56,769 bases of DNA from a virus. Taxonomy: Duplodnaviria > Caudoviricetes. Numbering within the stretch: the stretch's first letter is position 1; the number at the start of each line of letters is the position of its first letter. Location of the stretch: positions 1 through 56,769 of the IMG/VR virus record IMGVR_UViG_3300045973_000630, one strand, 5' to 3'. The notes under the pieces were generated by a model. It worked only from the letters and a program-made list of their open reading frames with translations. It did no database searches and was not told where the DNA came from. The translations under genes and the position numbers were made by a program. Below are positions 27,412 through 36,816 of the stretch, in pieces.

Positions 27412-28107
27412 ATGGATGATAAAACTAAAGATTCACAAGTAAACTTAGACCCGAATGCATCAAATAGTATGCCAGGCGGGTCCATATTAGCCAAAAATGA
27501 AAAAGGTGATCTAGTATTAGTCGGAGTCGAGCAGATCCGTAATGACTATATTTGCGAAGGTGCCGCAGTTAAGGACTTAGCTACTAAATATGGAATATCT
27601 AGCGTTGCTATTGAACTTTATATTAAAAAAGAAAAATTAGACGAATTACGAAAAATTCATATAAAACATGGGTTATCTAAACTTCAAAATATTCAAATTT
27701 CAAATGCTGAACGGTTAATGCACTTAGAAAATGACTTTAAAAAATTAAGAATCACACAATTAATTGAAAGTTTAAAAGATTATGAAGAGTATTTTATAAG
27801 ACACGGGCATTTAAATAAAGTACACCCAATAACTGGGGAAATCTTACGAGATACTAGTGGCCTCCCTTTACAACTCAAATTGCCCAATGTGGCTAAAGAA
27901 TTAGCAGATCTTAAAGATTCAGTATCAATTTCAGAAGGTCTAAAGCAGATGCTAATGCAAATAGATACTATGATAAATAAACCTAAAGAAATAGCTCCAC
28001 CAAAACAATCTAAACCCGAACCAATTATTACTAGAAATGTAGAAGTAATTGATATGGATAAATTCGACAATCTCTTTAAGAAAAAGAGCGAATTAACAGA
28101 GGATTAA
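27412..28107 (+). CDS. putative terminase small subunit
   Basis: HTH-like segment VKDLATKYGISSVAI, directly upstream of terL. Confidence 0.55.
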   Translation: MDDKTKDSQVNLDPNASNSMPGGSILAKNEKGDLVLVGVEQIRNDYICEGAAVKDLATKYGISSVAIELYIKKEKLDELRKIHIKHGLSKLQNIQISNAERLMHLENDFKKLRITQLIESLKDYEEYFIRHGHLNKVHPITGEILRDTSGLPLQLKLPNVAKELADLKDSVSISEGLKQMLMQIDTMINKPKEIAPPKQSKPEPIITRNVEVIDMDKFDNLFKKKSELTED

Positions 28108-28108
28108 G

Positions 28109-29938
28109 ATGGAAATTGGGCAACTTACCGATATTCAGTTTGCAGCAGTCTATGACAAACTGATTACCAAAATCAAATTAGATCCAATTGCTAATTTTAT
28201 TAGTGCCTCTGGATTTATGGATCTAGAGTTATTTCCTGCACAAGAAGTAATTTTAAAAGTTATTTTTGGTAAAACTTTAGATTATCATAAGAAAAAATCT
28301 ATAAATATGGAAGGTCGAACTACTACCGGCGGATTTAGACTTAGTTCTAAGCAAATGACAGAAGTTCAAATTTATGAGTTCATGACTGAATCAGAATACG
28401 ATCCAAAAAGTCTAAGAATGTTGAAGATTAATAAGGTTAATCTTATTTGTGGACGACGTTCGGGTAAGACATTATTAGCAGCAGTAATCGCAATTTATTG
28501 TGCAATTTCAACTAATTGGCAACCTTTTCTACGTAAAACTCCGTTTGCAACCGTATTGATTATGTCACATTCTAGAGAGTTCTCCGATGAAGTTTTAGAG
28601 GTCTTACGATCACTAATTGAAACATCCGAAATATTAAGACGGCTTATAAATAATGAAAAAAAGAATACATCCGCAACTATGAATCTTAAGATTCCTTGGT
28701 CCTCTAACGATAAAGTTCAATATTCAAGGGTACAGATTAAGGTTGCCGCAGCATCTAGTAAAACAACTCGAGGAGTTGCCGCATGTGCAGTACTTTGCGA
28801 TGAAATCAGTTACTGGAATAACGCAGAAACTATGACTGAAACAGATGAAAAGATTATGCGAGCAGTCCGTCCCGCGATGAAGCAGTTTGGGGACCATGCA
28901 ATGCTTATTAAGTTAAGTTCTCCAAGTTTAAAACAAGGTGTTCTTTACAGTGAGTACAAAGCACATAAAGATGGAACTTTACCAAAAAGTTACGCGGTGT
29001 TTAAAGCGCCGACTTGGGTTATGAACTCAATACTCCCAAGTAAAGAACTTGCAGAAGAATTTGAGTTAAATCCAGAAGCTTTTGATGTAGAGTATAGAGC
29101 TAATTTTACAGATTCATTAAGTTCATTTATAGTACCTGAATATATAGAAATGGGAGTCCTTAAACGAGTTCACATGCAACCCCCGGAAGCAGAGCTAGTG
29201 AGATACACTGCCGCAATTGATGCAGCCTATAAAGGAGATGCATTTACCTTTACCGTCTGTGGATATTCAAATGGAAGACTACGACAATATCTTATAAAAG
29301 GATGGCAAGGTACAAAGTTAAAACCCGTATCATCTTATGAAGTGGCTGAGTTTATTAGGAATATATGTAAAGTCTATAATATTGATGAAGTTGCTGCAGA
29401 TCAGTATTCATTTCAGCCACTTAGGGAGATTTTTGGAACTTACGGAGTATCCTTAAAAGAATACGTTTTTACCCCGGCATTTAAAAAGAAAATCTATTTT
29501 AACTTAAAAAAACTAGTACATTCTCAACAAATAGACCTACTAGATCATGAAACTCAAACTAGAGAACTTAAAGAACTAGTAGTTGAACAAGGACAATCTG
29601 GGTTAATCAAGATAAGCCATCCAGTTGGTGGAACTGATGATTATGCAGATTCTTTAGCAGTTTCCGCATTTCTAGCTACTCAAGAACTCGGACAAGGAAC
29701 TTTTGAGGTAGTAGATGGGGCAGCTGGGCAAACTTATGGGATATCTACCGATAACTCCGGTAGAGCATTTAGAGCTCCAAGTACAGATCAACTAGTTAAT
29801 TCTGGACATCTATCGGGGAATATTAATGATAATTCGGCTATGTTTATTAGACATCCTAAAACTGGTAAGGTAATGTTAAAAGTAGACTATGAAGAAGAGG
29901 GCGACGAAACTGACGAAAATAGTCAGTTTCTATTCTAA
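28109..29938 (+). CDS. terL: terminase large subunit
   Basis: FPAQ, GRRSGKT, VLCDE, SSP, EYRANF, IDAA and DDYADS. Confidence 0.93.
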   Translation: MEIGQLTDIQFAAVYDKLITKIKLDPIANFISASGFMDLELFPAQEVILKVIFGKTLDYHKKKSINMEGRTTTGGFRLSSKQMTEVQIYEFMTESEYDPKSLRMLKINKVNLICGRRSGKTLLAAVIAIYCAISTNWQPFLRKTPFATVLIMSHSREFSDEVLEVLRSLIETSEILRRLINNEKKNTSATMNLKIPWSSNDKVQYSRVQIKVAAASSKTTRGVAACAVLCDEISYWNNAETMTETDEKIMRAVRPAMKQFGDHAMLIKLSSPSLKQGVLYSEYKAHKDGTLPKSYAVFKAPTWVMNSILPSKELAEEFELNPEAFDVEYRANFTDSLSSFIVPEYIEMGVLKRVHMQPPEAELVRYTAAIDAAYKGDAFTFTVCGYSNGRLRQYLIKGWQGTKLKPVSSYEVAEFIRNICKVYNIDEVAADQYSFQPLREIFGTYGVSLKEYVFTPAFKKKIYFNLKKLVHSQQIDLLDHETQTRELKELVVEQGQSGLIKISHPVGGTDDYADSLAVSAFLATQELGQGTFEVVDGAAGQTYGISTDNSGRAFRAPSTDQLVNSGHLSGNINDNSAMFIRHPKTGKVMLKVDYEEEGDETDENSQFLF

Positions 29939-30003
29939 AGTTTCCCAGATATAATTGAATTTGACTATAATACACTATTTAGCAAGATCCGGAGAATACC
30001 TAA

Positions 30004-31992
30004 ATGTCTAATGAAATCAATAATAAGTCGCTTTTTCATAAGATAGTTGAAGCTGGAAACTCGTACCTAGACGCCCAAATTTTTAAATCGAAAAGCACAA
30101 TTCTCAATTCCAATGTTGAAGATGACTTCTTTTTCGGTAAAGCAGTTGTAGAAGATCCTAGTTACTCACTCCATTCTCAAGGGTTTCTAGATAAACCATA
30201 TAGAATTCAAGCCGCACATTTAAAGCAAATGTCCTACCAAGATACAGTAGTAGCCGGAGTTATCCAAACAAGACAAAATCAAATAGCAAATCATGCTATG
30301 CTGGTTAAATCTACGTATCAAAAAGGTTTTCAAATTAATCTTAGAGATGAAGACGCACTTCTAGAAAAAATAAAAGAAGAACTTAGAGCAGAATTAGAAG
30401 TAAAGAAATTAATGACTCAACCCGGAAATACTGAGCAAGGATCCCCAGAAGATAAAGCTGCAGCAGTACATAAGTCTTCTGAGTTTTCACAAAATGAAGA
30501 TATATCTACAGACGGAACTCAGCAAACCAACCCGGAAGATTCTGGTAAATCTGATGATGAAATTGAAGCATTTGATTTTGAGTTAGAACGAAAAGCTAAA
30601 GCCAAACTTGTTAAGCAATTCGCAGATGCACAAAAAGACGTAGAGCAATACATTCTAAATTGTGGTAAATCTGATAATAGACCTTTTGAAACAAAAAAAT
30701 GGAACTTTGGATCTGCGTTAAGAGCTTGGACCCGAGACACTTTGACTTATGATTTATATGCTACGGAAACAGTACCGGATCGAGCAGGACGTCCGCATCA
30801 TTGGTTCCCGATTGATAGTGGAACAGTTAAACGGGCTTCAAAAGATCTTAGAAAATTCAAAGATGTAGCTGAAAATTTTTATAATCTTGACATCTTATAC
30901 CCCGAGAAAACTAAAGAAGCTAGTGAACGACAAAAAGCAATTGATTTAGATGATACGCTATTAGAGCAGGATGCTTATAAATGGGTTCAAGTTATTAGAG
31001 GTAAAGTAGAGCGAGCATACACAGCAGATGAATTAGCAGTAGGTATTAGAAACGTAAATACTGACATTTTTAATAACGGATATGGTATTTCTGAATTAGA
31101 ATTACTATTATCGATGGTTACCGGGCATTTAAATGCAGAGTATTACAATCAGGCGTATTTTACTCAAGGATTCTCAGCTAAAGGTATTTTACACATCAAA
31201 TCTGCGTTAAATAGACGTAAAGTTGAAAGTGTTAGAACTGAATGGCACCATATGTTAAAAGGGTCTAAAAACTCGTTTCAGACTCCGATATTTGCAGGGG
31301 TTGAAGATGTTCAATGGATACCACTGACTCAAAATCATAATGATATAGGTTTTGAAGGTTGGATGCGGTATTTAATAACTATGATAGGGTGTATCTTCCA
31401 AATAGACCCAGCTGAAATGGGAATTCATCTTAAAGCAGAAGGTTCGGGTGGTGGACTTGGAAGTAAGGATAATACTCAAGAAAAAATAGACAACTCTAAA
31501 GACCGAGGGTTATTTCCATTATTAAATCACATTGAAACTTATATAAATGATCAGATTATAAAACCATTTGATTCTAGATTTATTCTTAAATTCACAGGAG
31601 TAAATGGCGAAAATCCAGTTCAAACACTAGCTCGACAAGAACGTGAAGTTAAATTCAAAAAGACAGTTAACGAAATTAGAGCAGAAGACGGACTTCCAAG
31701 TTTACCTGGAATGGATGACATTATATTAGATCCGCAATATATGGCTTGGTATAACCAGTATTCAACTAAAGCTTTAGAAAAACAGCAACAAGCTACTGAT
31801 TCTGCGATGCAATTGCAAGTTCAAGCACAAGATAGTGCACAACAACAAAATGCAGATCAAGGTCCGCAAATGACCCCAGAAGCTCAGCAAACTGATAATA
31901 ATATTTATGGAGATGGAGCTTTTACGCAAGAACCACCCATTAAAAAGAGCATGAAACCTCTAAAGATTGAAATCTATAAGATGGAGTCGTAA
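30004..31992 (+). CDS. portal protein
   Basis: IIQTR-like VIQTRQNQ, YGISELE, YFTQGFSAKGIL, FQIDPAEMG, GLFPLL and TVNEIRAEDGLP; SPO1/Twort-like portal. Confidence 0.93.
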   Translation: MSNEINNKSLFHKIVEAGNSYLDAQIFKSKSTILNSNVEDDFFFGKAVVEDPSYSLHSQGFLDKPYRIQAAHLKQMSYQDTVVAGVIQTRQNQIANHAMLVKSTYQKGFQINLRDEDALLEKIKEELRAELEVKKLMTQPGNTEQGSPEDKAAAVHKSSEFSQNEDISTDGTQQTNPEDSGKSDDEIEAFDFELERKAKAKLVKQFADAQKDVEQYILNCGKSDNRPFETKKWNFGSALRAWTRDTLTYDLYATETVPDRAGRPHHWFPIDSGTVKRASKDLRKFKDVAENFYNLDILYPEKTKEASERQKAIDLDDTLLEQDAYKWVQVIRGKVERAYTADELAVGIRNVNTDIFNNGYGISELELLLSMVTGHLNAEYYNQAYFTQGFSAKGILHIKSALNRRKVESVRTEWHHMLKGSKNSFQTPIFAGVEDVQWIPLTQNHNDIGFEGWMRYLITMIGCIFQIDPAEMGIHLKAEGSGGGLGSKDNTQEKIDNSKDRGLFPLLNHIETYINDQIIKPFDSRFILKFTGVNGENPVQTLARQEREVKFKKTVNEIRAEDGLPSLPGMDDIILDPQYMAWYNQYSTKALEKQQQATDSAMQLQVQAQDSAQQQNADQGPQMTPEAQQTDNNIYGDGAFTQEPPIKKSMKPLKIEIYKMES

Positions 31993-32232
31993 GTGGGAAA
32001 GATAAAAATCTTCGTAGAAGATAACGAATCCCAATTAGAAGTAGAAGAATCTTTACATAAAGCTCTAGAATTTCATAGTTCTGGAGATGTGCATGAAACT
32101 GAATTATTTGAAGATGCGGGAGCTCAAGATTTATTAAATAAACTTGAACTTTTGCATAAAAACTTATATATTCAAATACTTAATGAAATTTATGAAGCTT
32201 TAGACGAGGACTATACAAATGGTAACATCTAA
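31993..32232 (+). CDS. small acidic hypothetical protein
   Basis: GTG start after GGAG, between portal and the MuF-like gene. Confidence 0.65.
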   Translation: MGKIKIFVEDNESQLEVEESLHKALEFHSSGDVHETELFEDAGAQDLLNKLELLHKNLYIQILNEIYEALDEDYTNGNI

Positions 32233-34075
32233 AACAACTCTTGAAAAAATTAGAGAAATCATAAGCAAGAATTACGCTAAATTAGCAATTTCAGTATTAG
32301 GCAAATCTGTGTTAACGGATAAAGAACTTAAAGAGTTAAAAGCACAAGGTATTGATATCTCAAATACAGAATCTCTATTTGCATTATTATATAATCATGC
32401 ATTTATCAATCCACCAGAAGATACTCTAGGACCTAAATCTGTAGAAGATATGGAAAGTCAACAATCGGTAAGAGGGCTCCTCCCAGAAGGTTCTGCACAC
32501 GATTATGTTATAGAAAATCTAAATGATAAAACTAAACAACTTATAGACAAGCTTAAAGTAGATGTAATCTCTAGGGTTGAGGGATTAATACGAGAAAATA
32601 ATGATGTGTATCGAGTTGATGCGCTACAAAATTTAGATAGAACAGATTTGTTGGACGAATTGACTAAGGAGTCTAGCCTAGGAAAACTTAAGCAAAAATT
32701 AAGAGACACATCTAAAGAAGCAAACCGAGACTGGCTAAGAGTAGCAGTTACCGAAATGTCTAATGCTATCGGAATAGCGACCACAGATCGAATTGTGGTA
32801 GATAATAGATCTAAAAATTTAGAAGAGGTCTATGTATATAGAATTGCTCATAAAGATGGAAAAACATGTTTTACTGAGGCCGAAGAAGTATGTATGGCTA
32901 CTGGAGAATTGTGTCAGTTAAAGGATATTAAAGTCGGGGATTTATTACAGTCTGGGACTAGGAAAAAAGACAGAAATATAGGGTCGAAATCTAAAGTAGT
33001 TAGAATAGAGACAAAATTAGCAGAAGTGCTAGAATATCAATTTAGTGATGGAACGGTTATAAAGTGTACGTCTGATCATCCTATTTTAGTAAAATATAAA
33101 AAATTCTTAGGATTTATTCCGGTTTATATGTTAGAAACTACTAAGGTTAAATTTACAGTACCAAAGTACCAAGAGTTAACCACTGGAGAACGTGCAAGTA
33201 TAGGACGTATGCCAAGTTGGGCACTACAAATGGCCCCGAACTATACTGATTTCTTTTACTTTTGGCAAGACTATGGTCCTGAATTACTAGCAGATATTAG
33301 AAAAAGTAACTCATTTAAAGATTTACAAGAAAAATGGCAATTCCCGAAAATTGGTAATTGCCGAAATCTAGGCACGTTAGCCGCACTTTGCGGAGAGTCT
33401 TTTTCTAAATATACTAAAATTTCAAGTGCTAATAATAATTATAATGTAGAGTATCTAGAGCACCTTGCCACTAAATGTTTAGCCAAACTAGATTTAAGCG
33501 CGGAGGACCTAACTCGAGATCTAGGGTTGCACGGCTATAAATTTGTTATTAAAAAGTATAATATCAGTTTTCATATTCTAAAATTTTGGGTTATTCAAAA
33601 TTTAGGAAGTGCTTTTGATAAGAAGATTAGAAAATTAGGAAAAATTAGAGCACAACGAGCCGGTCAAACTAGTATTGCAAATACTCCCGGACTTCGCGAA
33701 AAACTAAATAATGAGGCCAGGACTAGACTAATAAGAAATTGTAAATCTACATCAAAACCTCAACGCGTGTTGTTTAATACTTTAAAATTAACATATCCAG
33801 CTATACAGTTAGAGGTCCCGATATTAGAAGCTTTTCGAGCAGATATTTTATTGAATAATATAATTATAGAATTTGATGGAAGTGGGCACTGGCTATTTGG
33901 AAAAGGTAGTAAAGCGCGAGATGAAGCTAGGGATAGACTTTGTACCCGGTATGGGTATTCTGTAATTAGAATTAAATCCCCAAAAGATAAGCAACCACCA
34001 ATTGAGAGTTTAACTAAGATACTAGAAATAATCAAACCTGGAGAATATAAGGAGATACACTGTGATAGTTTCTAA
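32219..34075 (+). CDS. MuF-like minor head protein N-half + split intein IntN + Vsr/DUF559-like endonuclease
   Basis: RDWLRVAVTE...DGKT|CFTEAEEV...DIKVGD...CTSDHPIL, then C-terminal FRADI...IEFDGSGH...RD...GYSVIRI. Confidence 0.82.
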   Translation: MVTSKTTLEKIREIISKNYAKLAISVLGKSVLTDKELKELKAQGIDISNTESLFALLYNHAFINPPEDTLGPKSVEDMESQQSVRGLLPEGSAHDYVIENLNDKTKQLIDKLKVDVISRVEGLIRENNDVYRVDALQNLDRTDLLDELTKESSLGKLKQKLRDTSKEANRDWLRVAVTEMSNAIGIATTDRIVVDNRSKNLEEVYVYRIAHKDGKTCFTEAEEVCMATGELCQLKDIKVGDLLQSGTRKKDRNIGSKSKVVRIETKLAEVLEYQFSDGTVIKCTSDHPILVKYKKFLGFIPVYMLETTKVKFTVPKYQELTTGERASIGRMPSWALQMAPNYTDFFYFWQDYGPELLADIRKSNSFKDLQEKWQFPKIGNCRNLGTLAALCGESFSKYTKISSANNNYNVEYLEHLATKCLAKLDLSAEDLTRDLGLHGYKFVIKKYNISFHILKFWVIQNLGSAFDKKIRKLGKIRAQRAGQTSIANTPGLREKLNNEARTRLIRNCKSTSKPQRVLFNTLKLTYPAIQLEVPILEAFRADILLNNIIIEFDGSGHWLFGKGSKARDEARDRLCTRYGYSVIRIKSPKDKQPPIESLTKILEIIKPGEYKEIHCDSF

Positions 34076-34169
34076 GAAATCATTAGGAGTACAGAATATC
34101 GTAGAGTTAGAACTAGATCAAAATTCTAGCAAAACTTATATAAATAAAGACGGAATTATCTCGCACAAT
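32867..34169 (+). mobile_element. naturally split intein with embedded endonuclease (IntN from 32867; IntC 34062-34169)
   Basis: Cys1 and block B TxDH lie in the first ORF. Blocks F/G ending ISHN|C lie in the second ORF, in another frame. Confidence 0.82.
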
Positions 34170-34430
34170 TGCAGATGGTGTTCCGAATTTTATGTTGATA
34201 ACGATGGAAGTCCTAAGCTTTATAAGTTAACTTCATTATTAGATAACGGGTCTAACTACGGTAAAAAACGAGATACTTGGCAAGCCGTTATTGGTGCCAC
34301 CCATCCGAATGAGCGATGTTCTGGTATTTTAGAATTAAAACCCGGGTTTATGCTTAAGTCTGATGGGACCAGTACATATATCGGAATGGCTAAATGGCCT
34401 GGATATATTTTGAATAAAGTTCAAAAATAG
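34062..34430 (+). CDS. split intein IntC (36 aa) + MuF-like head protein C-half
   Basis: TAAGGAG-7nt-GTG. MIVSKKSLGVQNIVELE...GIISHN|CRWC...HPNERC. Confidence 0.82.
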   Translation: MIVSKKSLGVQNIVELELDQNSSKTYINKDGIISHNCRWCSEFYVDNDGSPKLYKLTSLLDNGSNYGKKRDTWQAVIGATHPNERCSGILELKPGFMLKSDGTSTYIGMAKWPGYILNKVQK

Positions 34431-34476
34431 TATACAAAATCAAAAGCAATAGATACTATTCGAAAGAGGTATCTAT
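34431..34476 (+). promoter_or_regulatory. promoter plus RBS-overlapping hairpin
   Basis: TATACA-N17-TACTAT. Stem ATAGATAC/GTATCTAT overlaps GAGGT. Confidence 0.6.
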
Positions 34477-35010
34477 ATGCAATCTATCGATTCTCAAATT
34501 AAGACGCTTTTACTTAAAAAGAAGAAAATTGATTACATCAATTACTTGTTGGATCTCATTAAAAATGATACTAAATGTATTGATTTTACTGAAGTTAAAC
34601 AAGAAGTTATGTCTCAAATTGAACCATTTTTCGCCGAAGTTATTGCTTCAATTGAAACAGGTACGGATATTGCTAAATCAGTTTCAAATAGTTTTTCAAA
34701 TAAAGAGGTCGAAGTACTACAAAATTTAGTACAAAGAACTTTAGCTAAACAATCAAATCCAGCACCGCAAACTGAAACTACTCAAAAACCAATACAACCA
34801 ACTAGAAATTTACCGGAGTTATCTCAAGCAGATAAGCTTAGTTTTGCGCTAGCTAATAGACACTTTGCAAATAAACGAGTACAAATTATAAATGATCAAA
34901 ACGTACAAATTAATGGTGTATGCGTTGGATTAGATGCTCCGAATGTATTAGTTCGTACAGATTCTGGACCGACTATTCAAGTTCCATTAGAAAAAATAGT
35001 TATTTCGTAA
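34477..35010 (+). CDS. hypothetical protein (C-terminal SH3/Sm-like beta domain possible)
   Basis: ORF with ribosome binding site. C-terminal KRVQI...GVCVGLDAPNVLVRTDSG. Confidence 0.7.
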   Translation: MQSIDSQIKTLLLKKKKIDYINYLLDLIKNDTKCIDFTEVKQEVMSQIEPFFAEVIASIETGTDIAKSVSNSFSNKEVEVLQNLVQRTLAKQSNPAPQTETTQKPIQPTRNLPELSQADKLSFALANRHFANKRVQIINDQNVQINGVCVGLDAPNVLVRTDSGPTIQVPLEKIVIS

Positions 35011-35019
35011 GGAGGATTT

Positions 35020-35397
35020 ATGATTAAAGAGAAACTAGAATTTTTCGATACAGTATTTAATACGGCTCTGTCCGAAATCTCAGATGAGATTAGAACTAGT
35101 ATATCAAATGATAGGCTTGAAGAACAAGGATATACAAAACAACAAGCTATAAATATTAAAAATAACATGGATGGTAAAAAGATAGGTGAAATATTCTCTG
35201 CAAATAATACACTATATTGTAAAACTCCGTATCAAACAGTAGTATCCGCGCAAATTTATATGTACACTATACAACAGTCTTTAATTACTTGCGGGACTCA
35301 TATCAATACGCTAGAGCAAGAACTTGCTAACTATAAAAAGTATACTTTTTATAGTTTAATAAAATTAATATTTAAAAAACTTATAAATAAAGGATAA
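35020..35397 (+). CDS. hypothetical protein
   Basis: AAGGAGG ribosome binding site. Confidence 0.7.
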   Translation: MIKEKLEFFDTVFNTALSEISDEIRTSISNDRLEEQGYTKQQAINIKNNMDGKKIGEIFSANNTLYCKTPYQTVVSAQIYMYTIQQSLITCGTHINTLEQELANYKKYTFYSLIKLIFKKLINKG

Positions 35398-35400
35398 ACA

Positions 35401-35925
35401 ATGGGAAAGAAAAAAACTCAAGAACATATGCAACAATCAATGGGTACTTTAGTTTCTAAAGCGGCGCTTGCACAATTAGCTCCGGAAATTAATGAAATAG
35501 TACTTGCCAAAGTTCGAGAACTTGGCGGACTTTTAGCCCAAGAGCAATTATCAACTCTTCAAGATTTATTTGTAAGACTTGTAGTATTAGAGTCTTTAGC
35601 AGTTGAAAAGTTTGGAATTACTCCAGATGAATTATCAGATAGAGTTGCCCAACTTCAAGATGAATCTGAAGGTTTTAAAACTTCACAAGAACCAGCAAAA
35701 GCTGGGGATACTATTCGTTTAGAGATTAAAACTAAAACTAAAGATCAAGCAGAATTTCAAGGAAAATCAAGACTTAAAGTTACAAATTTAGGTAGCGGTA
35801 ACTCACTTGGAGTTTTAGAAAAAGATATCATCGGAATGATTACCGCTGAAACAAAGCTTATTGAATTTGGCGAAGATAACCAAATGATTGCAGAAGTATC
35901 AATAAATAAGATTTCTAGTAAATAG
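35401..35925 (+). CDS. protein with C-terminal trigger-factor-like FKBP domain
   Basis: EPAKAGDTIRLEI...EFQG...NLGSGNSLGVLEKDIIGMITAETKLIEF follows the trigger factor PPIase pattern (AxxGDxVxI...EFEG...LGxGxxIPGFExxLxGMxxGE). Confidence 0.6.
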   Translation: MGKKKTQEHMQQSMGTLVSKAALAQLAPEINEIVLAKVRELGGLLAQEQLSTLQDLFVRLVVLESLAVEKFGITPDELSDRVAQLQDESEGFKTSQEPAKAGDTIRLEIKTKTKDQAEFQGKSRLKVTNLGSGNSLGVLEKDIIGMITAETKLIEFGEDNQMIAEVSINKISSK

Positions 35926-35932
35926 GATTTAT

Positions 35933-36196
35933 ATGAAAATATCATTACGTGGTAATAGGGTTGGAATAGAAAAATTAAAGAAGGTAAATAAGAATCAAAA
36001 TACCGGATTCTTATTTGTGCCAGAAGCAGAAGAATATCAAGGATTAGTACGATTTGTTGGAGAAACAGCAGCCAAAGATCTACAAGTTGGACAAAAGGTA
36101 TATTTTAGTACTAATTTCCAACAAGTTAAAATGGTCGGAATGGATATTTGCATTTTAGAGGATTCCCAAGTTTTTGCGATAGCAACTGAAGAATAA
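35933..36196 (+). CDS. groES: co-chaperonin GroES (Cpn10)
   Basis: ISLRGNRVGI, mobile loop GFLFVP, GLVRFVG, LQVGQKVYF and ILEDSQVFA. Confidence 0.85.
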   Translation: MKISLRGNRVGIEKLKKVNKNQNTGFLFVPEAEEYQGLVRFVGETAAKDLQVGQKVYFSTNFQQVKMVGMDICILEDSQVFAIATEE

Positions 36197-36207
36197 TAGA
36201 GGTCTTT

Positions 36208-36813
36208 GTGTCACGTAAATTTAATAAAGAAGATATTGAACGATTTCATGATTACGGGATCTATATACCAAATAGAGTAATTTATATGGGATCTGAATCT
36301 TATGATTTAGACTCAAATGAATCGGGCACTAATGGGTTAATGGCAGAACGTATCTTAAAGAACTTAACGATGTTAGATACACTCTCCCAAGAGCCGATCA
36401 CAATTATATTAAATAATATAGGTGGAGATTTTTACCATGGATTAGCTATTTTTGATGCAATCCAGACTTGTAAATCGCCAGTAACTATAAAGGTTTTTGG
36501 ACATGCTATGTCTATGGGCTCAGTAATATTGCAAGCAGCAGATAGAAGAGTTATGGCAGCAAATGCTAAGCAAATGATACATTATGGTACTTGCGGAATG
36601 AACTCGCACGCTAAGACATTTCAAAAGTGGGCCAAAGAATATGAACGACTAGATAGTTGGATGGAAGACTTATATTTTAAAAGAATCTTAGAAAAACATC
36701 CAGATTTTCCAATATCTAAGTTGAAAAAGATGTTAGATCATGACTCGTTCTTAACCGCACAAGAATCCGTAGATCTAGGATTGGCTGACGAACTTTTAAA
36801 AGTAGGAGAATAA
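36208..36813 (+). CDS. clpP: ClpP-family serine protease
   Basis: RVIYM, ITIILNNIGG, GLAIFDAI, AMSMGS (Ser), MIH (His) and DSFLTAQESVDLGLAD. Confidence 0.9.
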   Translation: MSRKFNKEDIERFHDYGIYIPNRVIYMGSESYDLDSNESGTNGLMAERILKNLTMLDTLSQEPITIILNNIGGDFYHGLAIFDAIQTCKSPVTIKVFGHAMSMGSVILQAADRRVMAANAKQMIHYGTCGMNSHAKTFQKWAKEYERLDSWMEDLYFKRILEKHPDFPISKLKKMLDHDSFLTAQESVDLGLADELLKVGE

Positions 36814-36816
36814 CTA

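Noticed and set aside
34050-34080. Sequencing frameshift or pseudogene as the cause of the broken intein
   Set aside because: Disfavoured but not excluded. ORF2 has a strong, well-spaced Shine-Dalgarno and starts exactly where IntC fragments start, and no homopolymer run lies at the junction.
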